Source: an uncultured Gammaproteobacteria bacterium
GTDB taxonomy: Bacteria > Patescibacteriota > Patescibacteriia > CAZBFB01
Direction of reading: 5' to 3'
DNA length: 46,449 nucleotides
Assembly (NCBI GenBank): GCA_964491085.1
Contig: CAZBFB010000037.1
Location: forward strand, 1-46,449
Part shown: in pieces, positions 7,155-15,589 of the stretch
How the letters are laid out: every line of letters begins with the position of its first letter
Position numbering within the stretch: the stretch's first letter is position 1
Translations under genes and position numbers: made by a program
Notes under the pieces: generated by a model
Told to the model about the DNA's origin: nothing
Seen by the model: the letters and a program-made list of their open reading frames with translations, nothing else
The model's database searches: none

Positions 7155-7646
7155 ATGCAACCAGGATTCATCAACAAACCAAAAGAACAACTACTTCAAC
7201 CGACAACTGAACAAAAAGAACCGGTTGATTTTGCGGCGGAACAAACATCGTTTGAGCACACACTCCAACGCCGACCAGACATCAGTCGCGACCAAGCAGA
7301 ATTGGCGCGCCGCATTCAACAACAAGCTGTACCACGCCCGGCCGCACGCTTACCAAAAACTCCTCTGCGCCGCGAACTTGAAGTGGTGCTGGCGGAAGAT
7401 GTGTTTGATTTTATGAAACAAGCTCCGGCCGCGCAACAAATCATCATTCGTCAACGCGGTCGTGAAGTGTTGGACGAAATTGAAACCATGATCAAGCAAA
7501 CAAAAATTAACATTCGCAAAATTATCAAACTGATATTATCGTGGCTCAAACTCCTCCCGATCACGAACAAATACTTTTTAGAACAAGCGGCCAAGATTAA
7601 GACGGAAGAGATACTGAAGATAGCAGACATGAGGAGACAGAAATAA
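7155..7646 (+). CDS. hypothetical protein (no TM helix, no recognised motif)
   Basis: ORF with ATG at 7155, preceded by tacaat at 7143-7148. Charged and helical in appearance. Directly upstream of the TraD/VirD4-like ATPase. Confidence 0.5.
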   Translation: MQPGFINKPKEQLLQPTTEQKEPVDFAAEQTSFEHTLQRRPDISRDQAELARRIQQQAVPRPAARLPKTPLRRELEVVLAEDVFDFMKQAPAAQQIIIRQRGREVLDEIETMIKQTKINIRKIIKLILSWLKLLPITNKYFLEQAAKIKTEEILKIADMRRQK

Positions 7647-7654
7647 TTTTCATA

Positions 7655-7745
7655 ATTACTACGAAGGTACAAATCTTTACGAAACATACGAATAATTAAT
7701 TAACCCATTCGTACTATTCGCGTCCATTCGTAACTTCGTAGTAAT
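7655..7745 (+). repeat. ~90-bp tacgaa/ttcgta palindromic element, copy 1
   Basis: Terminal inverted repeats attactacgaag / cttcgtagtaat. Roughly 90% identical, by eye, to the reverse complement of 15499-15585. Confidence 0.9.
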
Positions 7746-7778
7746 ATTACGTAATAGTAATTGAAAAATCTCATACCC

Positions 7779-10373
7779 ATGCTCCAAACTCTTCTTAATC
7801 TATCAAATCCAAATTCGGCCCGGGCATTGCCGTTGGTTGATGTGCCCTTGGACGATTCTTTCGCGCCGGCGTTTTTTGTGGCCTTGGCTGTTTTGGCCGC
7901 ATTAGTCGGGGCGGCCCTGCTGGTGATTTTATTGTTGCGGCGCTATCGCGCTTTGACAGCCGGCTTGGAACGCCGGGTTTTATTGGTGACAATTCCTAAA
8001 GATCAAACTGATCAAGACCACAAAAAAGAACAGAGTGTGCAGAATATCCAAGAGGCGATCGGGGTGGCGGACGGTTTGTTTGCCAACCTGGGCGGGGTGC
8101 ACACGCGGCGTACGTTGAAAAAATTATTATGGGGTCGCACCGACACGATCGCGTTTGAAATTGTGGCCCAACACAATGTGATTTCTTTTTATGTAGCGGT
8201 TGACCACGAACTGCAACAATTTGTGGAACAACAGATTCAAGCGCAGTATCCGCACGCCCACATTGAGCTGGTGGAGGATTATAATATTTTTACACCAACG
8301 GGCGTGATCAAGGGCACGCTCTTGCAATTTAAGCGCGAATTTTTCTTTCCCATTAAAACCTACAAACAGCTCGAAACTGATCCGTTGAGCTCACTCACCA
8401 ACGCGTTAAGCAAAGTCAATGATCCGGAAGGCGCCGCTATTCAAGTCATCGTGCGTTCGGCACATCATTCTTGGCACGCGAAAGCCGCTTACATTGCCTC
8501 ACAAGTCCATCAAGGCAAAAAAATGAGTGAGGTCATGAGCACGAATTGGGCGAGTAAAATAGCGGACACTTTAGGTAAGGGTTTTTTTGGATTGATGCAA
8601 GCCATGACTAATTCACCAGAGAAACAGCGCGAGCAGGAGCGCGAAGAAAAAAAAGAATACCGTCTGTCCGATCGCGAGTCAGAAATGTTGAAAGGAATTG
8701 AAGAAAAGGCCTCGCACGCCGGGCTTGATGTTACCCTTCGCTTGGTTGTGTCCGCTGAAACCGAACCGCGCGCGAGTTTGTTGCTGGAAAATTTAGCCAA
8801 CGCTTTTTCGCAATTCAGCATTTATGAATACGGTAACGCGTTTGCTAAGTACACGCCGCGTTCGCTCCCCAACTTTATCCGTGGATTTGTGTATCGTTCG
8901 TTTGACGAGTATCACAAAGTGTTATTGTCAAGCGAAGAGTTGGCCAGCGTATTTCACTTACCTACGCCGTTTATCGATACGCCGAACATTCGTTGGTTGT
9001 TGGCAAAAAAAGCGCCGGCTGCCGCCAATGTTCCCAAAGAGGGTTTGTATCTCGGGTACAATTTGTATCGCGGCGTGCGCACGGATATTTTCATGAAACC
9101 GAAAGATCGCCAGCGCCACATGTATATCATCGGTAAATCCGGTATGGGTAAATCTTTTTTGATCGCTAATTTGGCGCGGCAAGATATTCAGAATGGGGAA
9201 GGGGTCTGCGTGATTGACCCGCACGGCGATTTGGTGGCGGATATTTTGGCCGGCGTACCGAAAGAGCGCGCCGATGACGTGATTTTATTTGAACCGGCCG
9301 ACATGTCGCGGCCGATGGGGTTAAACATGCTCGAAGCGGATTCGCCGGACGAGCGCGATTTTGCGGTGCAAGAAATGATCGCCATTTTTTATAAACTTTT
9401 CCCGCCGGAAATGATCGGTCCAATGTTTGAACACAATATGCGCAACGTGATGTTGACGCTCATGTCCGATCCCGAAAATCCGGGTACGATTGCCGAAATT
9501 CCGCGCATGTTTTCGGATGACGATTTCCAAAAACAGTGGGTAGCGAAAGTGACCGATCCGGTGGTGCGCTCGTTCTGGGAAAAAGAAATGGCTAAGACAT
9601 CGGATTTCCACAAATCGGAAATGCTCGGCTATTTAATTTCCAAAGTCGGTCGCTTTGTGGAAAACGAAATGATGCGCAATATTATTGGTCAGACCCATTC
9701 GGCATTTGATTTTAACGAAGTGATGGATAAGAAAAAGATTTTGCTCGTTAATTTGTCCAAAGGAAAAACCGGCGAGGTCAACTCGAATTTGCTCGGTTTG
9801 ATCATCGTGGCTAAATTACAAATGGCCGCCTTGAAACGCGCGAGCATCCCCGAAGAACAACGCCATGATTTTTATCTCTACATCGACGAGTTCCAAAATT
9901 TCATCACCGATTCGATCGCCACCATTTTATCCGAAGCGCGCAAATATCGTTTGGATTTGATCATCGCTCACCAATACATGGGGCAACTGGTACAAAGCGG
10001 CAATGACACCAAAATTCGCGACGCCGTGTTGGGCAACGCCGGTACGATGGTAAGTTTTCGGATTGGTGTGGATGATGCTGAAATTTTGGCCAAAGAATTC
10101 GCACCGGTATTTTCCGCCTTCGACATGGTCAATGTGGAAAAGTTTACCGCTTATATTAAATTATTGGTGGACAACGAAGGTATTAAACCCTTCAACATGC
10201 ACACGGTCCCGCTTGCCCCGGGCAACAAAGACCTAGCCGAAGCCATCCGCGAACTATCCCGCCTAAAATACGGCCGCGAACGCAAACTCGTGGCTGACGA
10301 AATCCTCGAACGCACGCAATTAGGCAGTGCCAAAGCCAGCGCGGAAACCCCGCCGGTGGAAGCGACGCTGTAG
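7779..10373 (+). CDS. TraD/VirD4-like (type IV coupling protein-like) P-loop ATPase with N-terminal TM helix and an unknown ~400-aa domain
   Basis: Walker A IIGKSGMGKS followed by VIDPHGDL, Walker B YLYIDEFQNF, and RKYRLDLIIAHQYMGQL. TM segment FFVALAVLAALVGAALLVILLL. ATG 7779 preferred over TTG 7761. Confidence 0.8.
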   Translation: MLQTLLNLSNPNSARALPLVDVPLDDSFAPAFFVALAVLAALVGAALLVILLLRRYRALTAGLERRVLLVTIPKDQTDQDHKKEQSVQNIQEAIGVADGLFANLGGVHTRRTLKKLLWGRTDTIAFEIVAQHNVISFYVAVDHELQQFVEQQIQAQYPHAHIELVEDYNIFTPTGVIKGTLLQFKREFFFPIKTYKQLETDPLSSLTNALSKVNDPEGAAIQVIVRSAHHSWHAKAAYIASQVHQGKKMSEVMSTNWASKIADTLGKGFFGLMQAMTNSPEKQREQEREEKKEYRLSDRESEMLKGIEEKASHAGLDVTLRLVVSAETEPRASLLLENLANAFSQFSIYEYGNAFAKYTPRSLPNFIRGFVYRSFDEYHKVLLSSEELASVFHLPTPFIDTPNIRWLLAKKAPAAANVPKEGLYLGYNLYRGVRTDIFMKPKDRQRHMYIIGKSGMGKSFLIANLARQDIQNGEGVCVIDPHGDLVADILAGVPKERADDVILFEPADMSRPMGLNMLEADSPDERDFAVQEMIAIFYKLFPPEMIGPMFEHNMRNVMLTLMSDPENPGTIAEIPRMFSDDDFQKQWVAKVTDPVVRSFWEKEMAKTSDFHKSEMLGYLISKVGRFVENEMMRNIIGQTHSAFDFNEVMDKKKILLVNLSKGKTGEVNSNLLGLIIVAKLQMAALKRASIPEEQRHDFYLYIDEFQNFITDSIATILSEARKYRLDLIIAHQYMGQLVQSGNDTKIRDAVLGNAGTMVSFRIGVDDAEILAKEFAPVFSAFDMVNVEKFTAYIKLLVDNEGIKPFNMHTVPLAPGNKDLAEAIRELSRLKYGRERKLVADEILERTQLGSAKASAETPPVEATL

Positions 10374-10376
10374 GCA

Positions 10377-10408
10377 GCTTACTAGCTTACTAGCTTACTA
10401 GCTTACTA
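10377..10408 (+). repeat. 8-bp tandem repeat gcttacta, 4 copies
   Basis: Four exact consecutive copies starting 4 nt after the stop codon of the ATPase gene. Confidence 0.9.
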
Positions 10409-10442
10409 GCTTTTAGGTGCAGTAGGTTTAAAAGCTAGTAAG
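10402..10442 (+). terminator. hairpin, terminator-like
   Basis: 13-bp perfect stem cttactagctttt (10402-10414) / aaaagctagtaag (10430-10442). T-rich tract follows at 10451-10464. Confidence 0.55.
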
Positions 10443-10486
10443 ATATTCCGTTTGCTTTTTTGTTTTGGTTAAACTAAGATATAGCC

Positions 10487-12055
10487 ATGTCCATAACTCT
10501 TTATCGAAAATACCGGCCGCAGGCATTTCAAGATTTGGTGGGGCAGGATCATGTGCAGAGGACTATCATGAATCAAATCATGACGGGCAAGGTGGTGCAT
10601 GCGTATTTGTTTACCGGCCCGCGGGGGGTGGGGAAAACTACCGTGGCGCGATTGCTGGCCAAAGCGGTTAATTGCACACAACGCACTGCCGCTCAAGCCG
10701 AACCGTGCGGGATCTGTCCGCAATGTGTCGGTTTGCAAGAAGCCCGTTCGCTCGATGTGATTGAGATTGACGCCGCGTCACAAACGGGTGTGGACAACGT
10801 GCGCGAAAATATTATCGCCGCCTGTCGCGTGCCGCCCGCCGAAGGCAAGATGAAAGTATTTATCATCGACGAAGTCCACATGCTTTCAACGAACGCTTTT
10901 AACGCCTTGTTGAAAATCATCGAGGAACCGCCGGCGTATATTTTATTTATTCTCGCCACCACCGAAATTCACAAAGTACCGGAAACTATTATTTCGCGCT
11001 GCCAACGATTTGATTTTCGTAAAGTGCCACACGCTTTGCTCGTGCAACGGTTGATGAAATTGGCAAAAGCAGAACAAGTGACCATCGAGCCGGCAGTGTT
11101 TGATCGGGTGGCCGTGGCGTCGCAGGGGTGTTTGCGCGATGCCGAAGGTTTGTTGGGACAAATTTTGGCATTAGGTGATGACACCATTAGCGAAGCCGAG
11201 GCAGATATTATTTTGCCGCGCACTGACAGTGGTCTCCTAGTTGAATTTGTCGGGTTGTTGCAGGCACGCGCCACCACCAAGTCGATTATTTTTGTGAATC
11301 GGTTAGTGGAAGAGGGCGTATTGTTGCCTACTTTTACGCATCATTTGATTTTATTTTTGCGCAAATTAATTTTGCTTATCACCGCGCCATCGCTGGCCGA
11401 TAGTGTTGACCGTTTTGCGCCAGCGGCCGAAGAGGCATTGCAAAAATTTGCGCAAACTATTCCGCTCGCTGTCACGCAAGCGTATATGAACCGGTTTTTA
11501 ACCGCGCGCGAAGAATTAAATCGCGCGGATATTGTGCAACTGCCGCTGGAGCTGGCGATTATTGATTTGTGCGAAACAAAAATCGTTATTACGCCACCCG
11601 CTCCGCCACCGAATAATACGGGATCAGCTCAACCGATTAAAATAGCGACTTCGCCACCAATAATGCGCGCCACATCACCAACCCCGGAACCAACCGCACC
11701 TCGAGCCCAGCCGCCGCTTGATACTACCACCATTACCCTCGAGGCCATTCAACAATCTTGGCGCAACATCACCAAAGCCGTCAAAGAGCGCAACCACACC
11801 TTGGCCGCGTTTTTAAAATTGGGAACCATAGCCAGCGTTGAGAAGAATACCCTAAGCTTGCAATTTCGTTATCAATTTTATTATGATCGGGTGAATGAAT
11901 TAAAAAACCGTCGCGCCATCGAAGACGCCTTGACAGAAGTATTCGGCATCCCTATGCTCTTGAATGTTCAACTCGCCACCAGCGAAGCGGCCGCGCTTGA
12001 TCCAGCGGTACAAGAACTTATCAGCGCTTTTGGCGGGGGAGAAGTGGTGGGGTAG
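10487..12055 (+). CDS. dnaX: DNA polymerase III subunit gamma/tau
   Basis: YRP..F.DLVGQ, GPRGVGKTT, the Cys zinc module CGICPQC, IIDEVHMLS and SRCQRF. Confidence 0.95.
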   Translation: MSITLYRKYRPQAFQDLVGQDHVQRTIMNQIMTGKVVHAYLFTGPRGVGKTTVARLLAKAVNCTQRTAAQAEPCGICPQCVGLQEARSLDVIEIDAASQTGVDNVRENIIAACRVPPAEGKMKVFIIDEVHMLSTNAFNALLKIIEEPPAYILFILATTEIHKVPETIISRCQRFDFRKVPHALLVQRLMKLAKAEQVTIEPAVFDRVAVASQGCLRDAEGLLGQILALGDDTISEAEADIILPRTDSGLLVEFVGLLQARATTKSIIFVNRLVEEGVLLPTFTHHLILFLRKLILLITAPSLADSVDRFAPAAEEALQKFAQTIPLAVTQAYMNRFLTAREELNRADIVQLPLELAIIDLCETKIVITPPAPPPNNTGSAQPIKIATSPPIMRATSPTPEPTAPRAQPPLDTTTITLEAIQQSWRNITKAVKERNHTLAAFLKLGTIASVEKNTLSLQFRYQFYYDRVNELKNRRAIEDALTEVFGIPMLLNVQLATSEAAALDPAVQELISAFGGGEVVG

Positions 12056-12061
12056 AGTAAA

Positions 12062-12155
12062 AAATTTCCAAATCACCAATTTATAAATTTCCAAATAATT
12101 AATCGCTGGAGATGATTTAATTGGTAATTTTATAAATTGGCAATTTGGTAATTTA
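12062..12155. repeat. ccaaat/atttgg hairpin repeat upstream of tRNA-Gln
   Basis: Left arm ccaaatcaccaatttataaa (12068-12087) pairs with tttataaattggcaatttgg (12129-12148). Same low-complexity theme as the insertion at 22501-22629 in rnpB. Confidence 0.75.
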
Positions 12156-12168
12156 TTATCTCCTAAAT

Positions 12169-12239
12169 TCCGGGATCGTCTAATGGCAGGACACATCCCT
12201 CTGGAGGATGGTATCATGGTTCGAGTCCATGTCCCGGAA
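12169..12239 (+). tRNA. tRNA-Gln (anticodon CUG), no encoded CCA
   Basis: Hand-folded cloverleaf. Acceptor TCCGGGA/TCCCGGA with U1-A72. D stem GTCT/GGAC. Anticodon stem CATCC/GGATG with loop CTCTGGA. T stem CATGG/CCATG with loop TTCGAGT. Discriminator A. Confidence 0.85.
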
Positions 12240-12327
12240 TTGAGGAGATAATTACCAACCGCCCACGCCGGTACGGCTGGATTTTTTATTTGCATAAAAT
12301 CATAAAAGGCGATAGAATAGATTCCAT

Positions 12328-13959
12328 ATGGTTTTAACCCATTTCACCCAAGGCGGTCACGGTAAACACGAATCACATCAGTCCATCGCGCCGCGCATCA
12401 AAGCCCTACTGGAGAAGCAGATTGAACGGCAGTCGCCTGCTTCGGATGAACCAAAAATCAGTGTTAATGAAGTTGTCGGCCGGGTGGCGTTTTTTTATGA
12501 ACGCCTGCGCAGTTTTATTGACTACAAAGATGAGCATCTTCTGCGTAAAAGCGCGATTGAGCGCATCCTGCGGCGACTGCTCGTGTTGCATCAAGATCCG
12601 CTCGCTATCAGCGATCATTTGATTCGGGAAATGATTGCCGCGCGCTATTTAGAAAACAATGTCATACCAGAAACAAAAATCGTCAGCGTGGCTGGCATAA
12701 TTGCCAAATATTTGTCGGTGCGTACTCGATTGCTTGAGGTATATGGGCACGAGCCGGGTAATCAGTTAGGGGATTGGCTATTCCGCTTGATGCCGGTTGA
12801 ATTGGAACATGAATTAGCCCCCAGCCGTCCCGAACAAGCATTTGTGAAAGCGCTCATGGAAACGATGGAGGAACAGGTGGTGCTGGAAGGCGCGCATATG
12901 AGTCCAGGCCAACGTCGCGCCCATCTCTTGCTTGCCAGTTACCGCGCTTTTTTGAAATCAGATAATTCGATGCTGGAGTATTATTTGTTGGTGGATACAT
13001 ATCCGCACTGGGTCGGGCAGAGCACGTCAGCCGCGATTGAATTGATTGTCCATAAATTTACGCGCATTCACGAAGGCATGCGCCACTTACTTGACCATCC
13101 GGCGCAGAGGCCAATATTGCGTTTGGCGCAAAAACTGGCTCTACTTTTCCAAATTTTATGGTATGTTTTGCATACTGCCGAAAATGCCGAAGCCGTATTG
13201 GCATCAAGTGAGCATTTGGAAAACACCATCCGTTCGACCTACCGTAAACTGTATGAAAAAGCGCGCACCAAACTGCGGCGCAGCGCGTTCCGCAGTATTA
13301 TTTATATTTTTTTAACTAAAGTTTTGGTGGCGCTGGCGCTGGAGTATCCGTATGATCTTTTTATTCGTCAAGAAGTAAACACCAAAGCGTTAACGATCAA
13401 CTTAATTCTACCGCCACTAATCATGTTTATTGTCGCTTTATTTATCCGTTATCCAACCAAGAAAAATTTACAAAAAATTGTTGATGGTTTACAGGGGTTG
13501 GTGACGGAAGGTGTGGCCAAAGGATTTAATTACCGTATTCGCGTGCCCGCCCATCATGGTTGGTTTTTGCAAGTATTATATTATCTGTTTTATGTAGTGT
13601 TGTACCTTGTTACATTTGGTTTAATCGGTGTTGGTTTGCAGTGGCTTCGTTTTAACATTGTTTCCACGCTTTTGTTCTTGTTCTTCTTAACGGTCGTGAG
13701 TTTTTTTGGTTATCGTATCCGGGTTGGTATTCGCGAGTTGATAGTGGAAGAGTCACATTCTTTTATCGCCGGTATTTTTGAGTTATTCGCCCTACCCATC
13801 ATCCGCGCCGGTCGTTGGCTCTCGTTCAACGTTTCCAAGATAAACATTTTTATTTTCTTTTTTGATGTGATCATCGAAGCGCCGTTAAAAGTAGTGCTAA
13901 ATTTGTTTGAAGGATTTGCCACCTTTTTTAGAGAAAAGAAAGAAGAAATCGATCAATAA
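12328..13959 (+). CDS. hypothetical multi-pass membrane protein (soluble helical N-terminal half, 4-6 TM helices in the C-terminal half)
   Basis: 543-aa ORF. Hydrophobic segments include IIYIFLTKVLVALALEY, LTINLILPPLIMFIVALFI, VLYYLFYVVLYLVTFGLIGVGL and VSTLLFLFFLTVVSFFG. No catalytic motif recognised. Confidence 0.65.
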   Translation: MVLTHFTQGGHGKHESHQSIAPRIKALLEKQIERQSPASDEPKISVNEVVGRVAFFYERLRSFIDYKDEHLLRKSAIERILRRLLVLHQDPLAISDHLIREMIAARYLENNVIPETKIVSVAGIIAKYLSVRTRLLEVYGHEPGNQLGDWLFRLMPVELEHELAPSRPEQAFVKALMETMEEQVVLEGAHMSPGQRRAHLLLASYRAFLKSDNSMLEYYLLVDTYPHWVGQSTSAAIELIVHKFTRIHEGMRHLLDHPAQRPILRLAQKLALLFQILWYVLHTAENAEAVLASSEHLENTIRSTYRKLYEKARTKLRRSAFRSIIYIFLTKVLVALALEYPYDLFIRQEVNTKALTINLILPPLIMFIVALFIRYPTKKNLQKIVDGLQGLVTEGVAKGFNYRIRVPAHHGWFLQVLYYLFYVVLYLVTFGLIGVGLQWLRFNIVSTLLFLFFLTVVSFFGYRIRVGIRELIVEESHSFIAGIFELFALPIIRAGRWLSFNVSKINIFIFFFDVIIEAPLKVVLNLFEGFATFFREKKEEIDQ

Positions 13960-14051
13960 ACATTCAACAAATTTTCAAAACCGGCGGACGAAGGAATAGC
14001 TTTTTAGCTGATTAGCTTACTAGCTTGTTAGCTTTCTAGAAAAAACAATTA

Positions 14052-14114
14052 TGTCGTTCCCGGCTTGACCGGGAATCCAGTTAATCTGGATCCCAAATCT
14101 AGTTTGGGATGACA
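14052..14114 (-). repeat. 63-bp triple-hairpin repeat, copy 2 of 3 (inverted)
   Basis: Its reverse complement aligns base for base with 7043-7105 and 34336-34398. Substitutions in the third hairpin are compensatory. Confidence 0.9.
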
Positions 14115-14133
14115 AAAGTAAAGTATCGCCATT

Positions 14134-14283
14134 ATGCTCTCTCCCCGAAGCTATTATTTTTCGCTCGGTCTCATCACCCTCCTTATCATCAGCGCTTTTA
14201 TAATGGGCAATCTTCTCGCGGCCGGCGTATTACTGGTTGCGCTTTTTGGCTTCAGGCGGTATTATTATGCGCATGTCCGTTAA
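14134..14283 (+). CDS. possible 49-aa small membrane protein
   Basis: ATG ORF below the track cutoff. It encodes MLSPRSYYFSLGLITLLIISAFIMGNLLAAGVLLVALFGFRRYYYAHVR, which has two hydrophobic stretches. It overlaps the first possible starts of the next ORF. No other support. Confidence 0.25.
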   Translation: MLSPRSYYFSLGLITLLIISAFIMGNLLAAGVLLVALFGFRRYYYAHVR

Positions 14284-15496
14284 ACCAACAAAAAACATCA
14301 ATACCACATTTTTTCGTGCTCATGACTTAGGCAAGGTCCCTTTTTGGATGGCAGAAAAAATGACAAGTGCTTTATTAGCTCCGCGCCTCGAACACTGGCT
14401 TGGTCTTCGCCCACAACGCGCCGGTTTGCTATATGATCACAAAAAAGGCCTCACTCTCCTCGGGAAAACAAGCGAGTGGCAAAATCTGAATACGCGCGCA
14501 CTGGATCATCTACAAACCGATCCTTATTTTGGCGAACAAGTCGTTAGTAATATCAAACGTTTAGCTCGCCAAATTTATAATTTATCTTATGATGTGATCC
14601 AGCGTCGCAGTTTAAGTTTTCCGCGACGGGGCGCGCAATCCCGCATTGAACACTTATTTAGCATTCTTGAAGAGATGAATCAGTATCTTTCCTTTGTCAT
14701 AATGCTCGATGCGCCCAGCGGCACATTTTCACAACAACTAAAAAGTATCATCATTGAACACGCTCACGAACGCGTGTTGTCTCGCCCGCCAAGCGAATAT
14801 TTAAGAGTGCTGTTGGAACCAGTAGAATTTTCTTTTGCCGAACAACAACATGATGAGTTATTGCTTTTAGCACAAGCCGTTCGTCGTCGTCCGCCGATGC
14901 GCAAGTTGATCGCTCACGGCGGCAACCCGCGCGATATATTAAATGAGATGACGCAAAAATACGCGCCACTCGCGCGCAAATTGCGCCGCCATATTCGTCA
15001 CTACAGCTGGATCATCACCGTGGGCGGCGGCATAGAAGACGCGCCCGCGCGATTGCTCACGGAACTCCAGCAACTTGTTAAAACGGATTTTAATCTTGAT
15101 CAGGCCATTGAAGAACGCGAACAATCAATTCGTTTGCGGCATGATCAGCAACGTTTATTGGTGCGTGAGTTGGGATTAACGGAAGAAGAGCGACACATGT
15201 TCAATTTGGCGCGAGATTTTTACAGCTCGGGTCGTCATGGCAAAGAAATGCTTTTACTGTTTCAGTCGGTGGTGTACGATTTAGTTTTAACCCACATCAA
15301 AAATCGTTCTCCAGAGGAATTGGCGCTCTTATCCGCGACAGAACTATCGCGCTTGTTGAGCCATAACACCTTTGATAAAGATACGCACACCAATCGTCGC
15401 GCCGGTTTTATATTTCTAGCTGGTGGTGCTAACGACGAGTGGCTCCTCGGCGCCAAACTGGATGCGTGGAAAGTAAAAAATTTGGGGAAAAAATAA
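14237..15496 (+). CDS. hypothetical soluble all-helical protein
   Basis: 419-aa ORF. The real start is uncertain (ATG at 14237, 14267, 14273 or 14348). No motif recognised with confidence. Confidence 0.55.
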   Translation: MRFLASGGIIMRMSVKPTKNINTTFFRAHDLGKVPFWMAEKMTSALLAPRLEHWLGLRPQRAGLLYDHKKGLTLLGKTSEWQNLNTRALDHLQTDPYFGEQVVSNIKRLARQIYNLSYDVIQRRSLSFPRRGAQSRIEHLFSILEEMNQYLSFVIMLDAPSGTFSQQLKSIIIEHAHERVLSRPPSEYLRVLLEPVEFSFAEQQHDELLLLAQAVRRRPPMRKLIAHGGNPRDILNEMTQKYAPLARKLRRHIRHYSWIITVGGGIEDAPARLLTELQQLVKTDFNLDQAIEEREQSIRLRHDQQRLLVRELGLTEEERHMFNLARDFYSSGRHGKEMLLLFQSVVYDLVLTHIKNRSPEELALLSATELSRLLSHNTFDKDTHTNRRAGFIFLAGGANDEWLLGAKLDAWKVKNLGKK

Positions 15497-15498
15497 AC

Positions 15499-15585
15499 AT
15501 TACTACGAAGTTACGAATGGACGCGAATGGTACGAATGGATTAATTATTCGTATGTTTCGTAAGGATTCGTACCTTCGTAGTAAT
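15499..15585 (-). repeat. ~90-bp tacgaa/ttcgta palindromic element, copy 2 (inverted relative to 7655-7745)
   Basis: attactacgaag...cttcgtagtaat. It ends 4 nt before the rmuC ATG. Confidence 0.9.
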
Positions 15586-15589
15586 TACT

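Noticed and set aside
10487-12055. Inteins or introns in dnaX, clpB, recJ or other large genes
   Set aside because: The translations are collinear with the expected domain order. There are no extra blocks with intein splice motifs. The only in-frame extras found are the short palindromic elements reported above.
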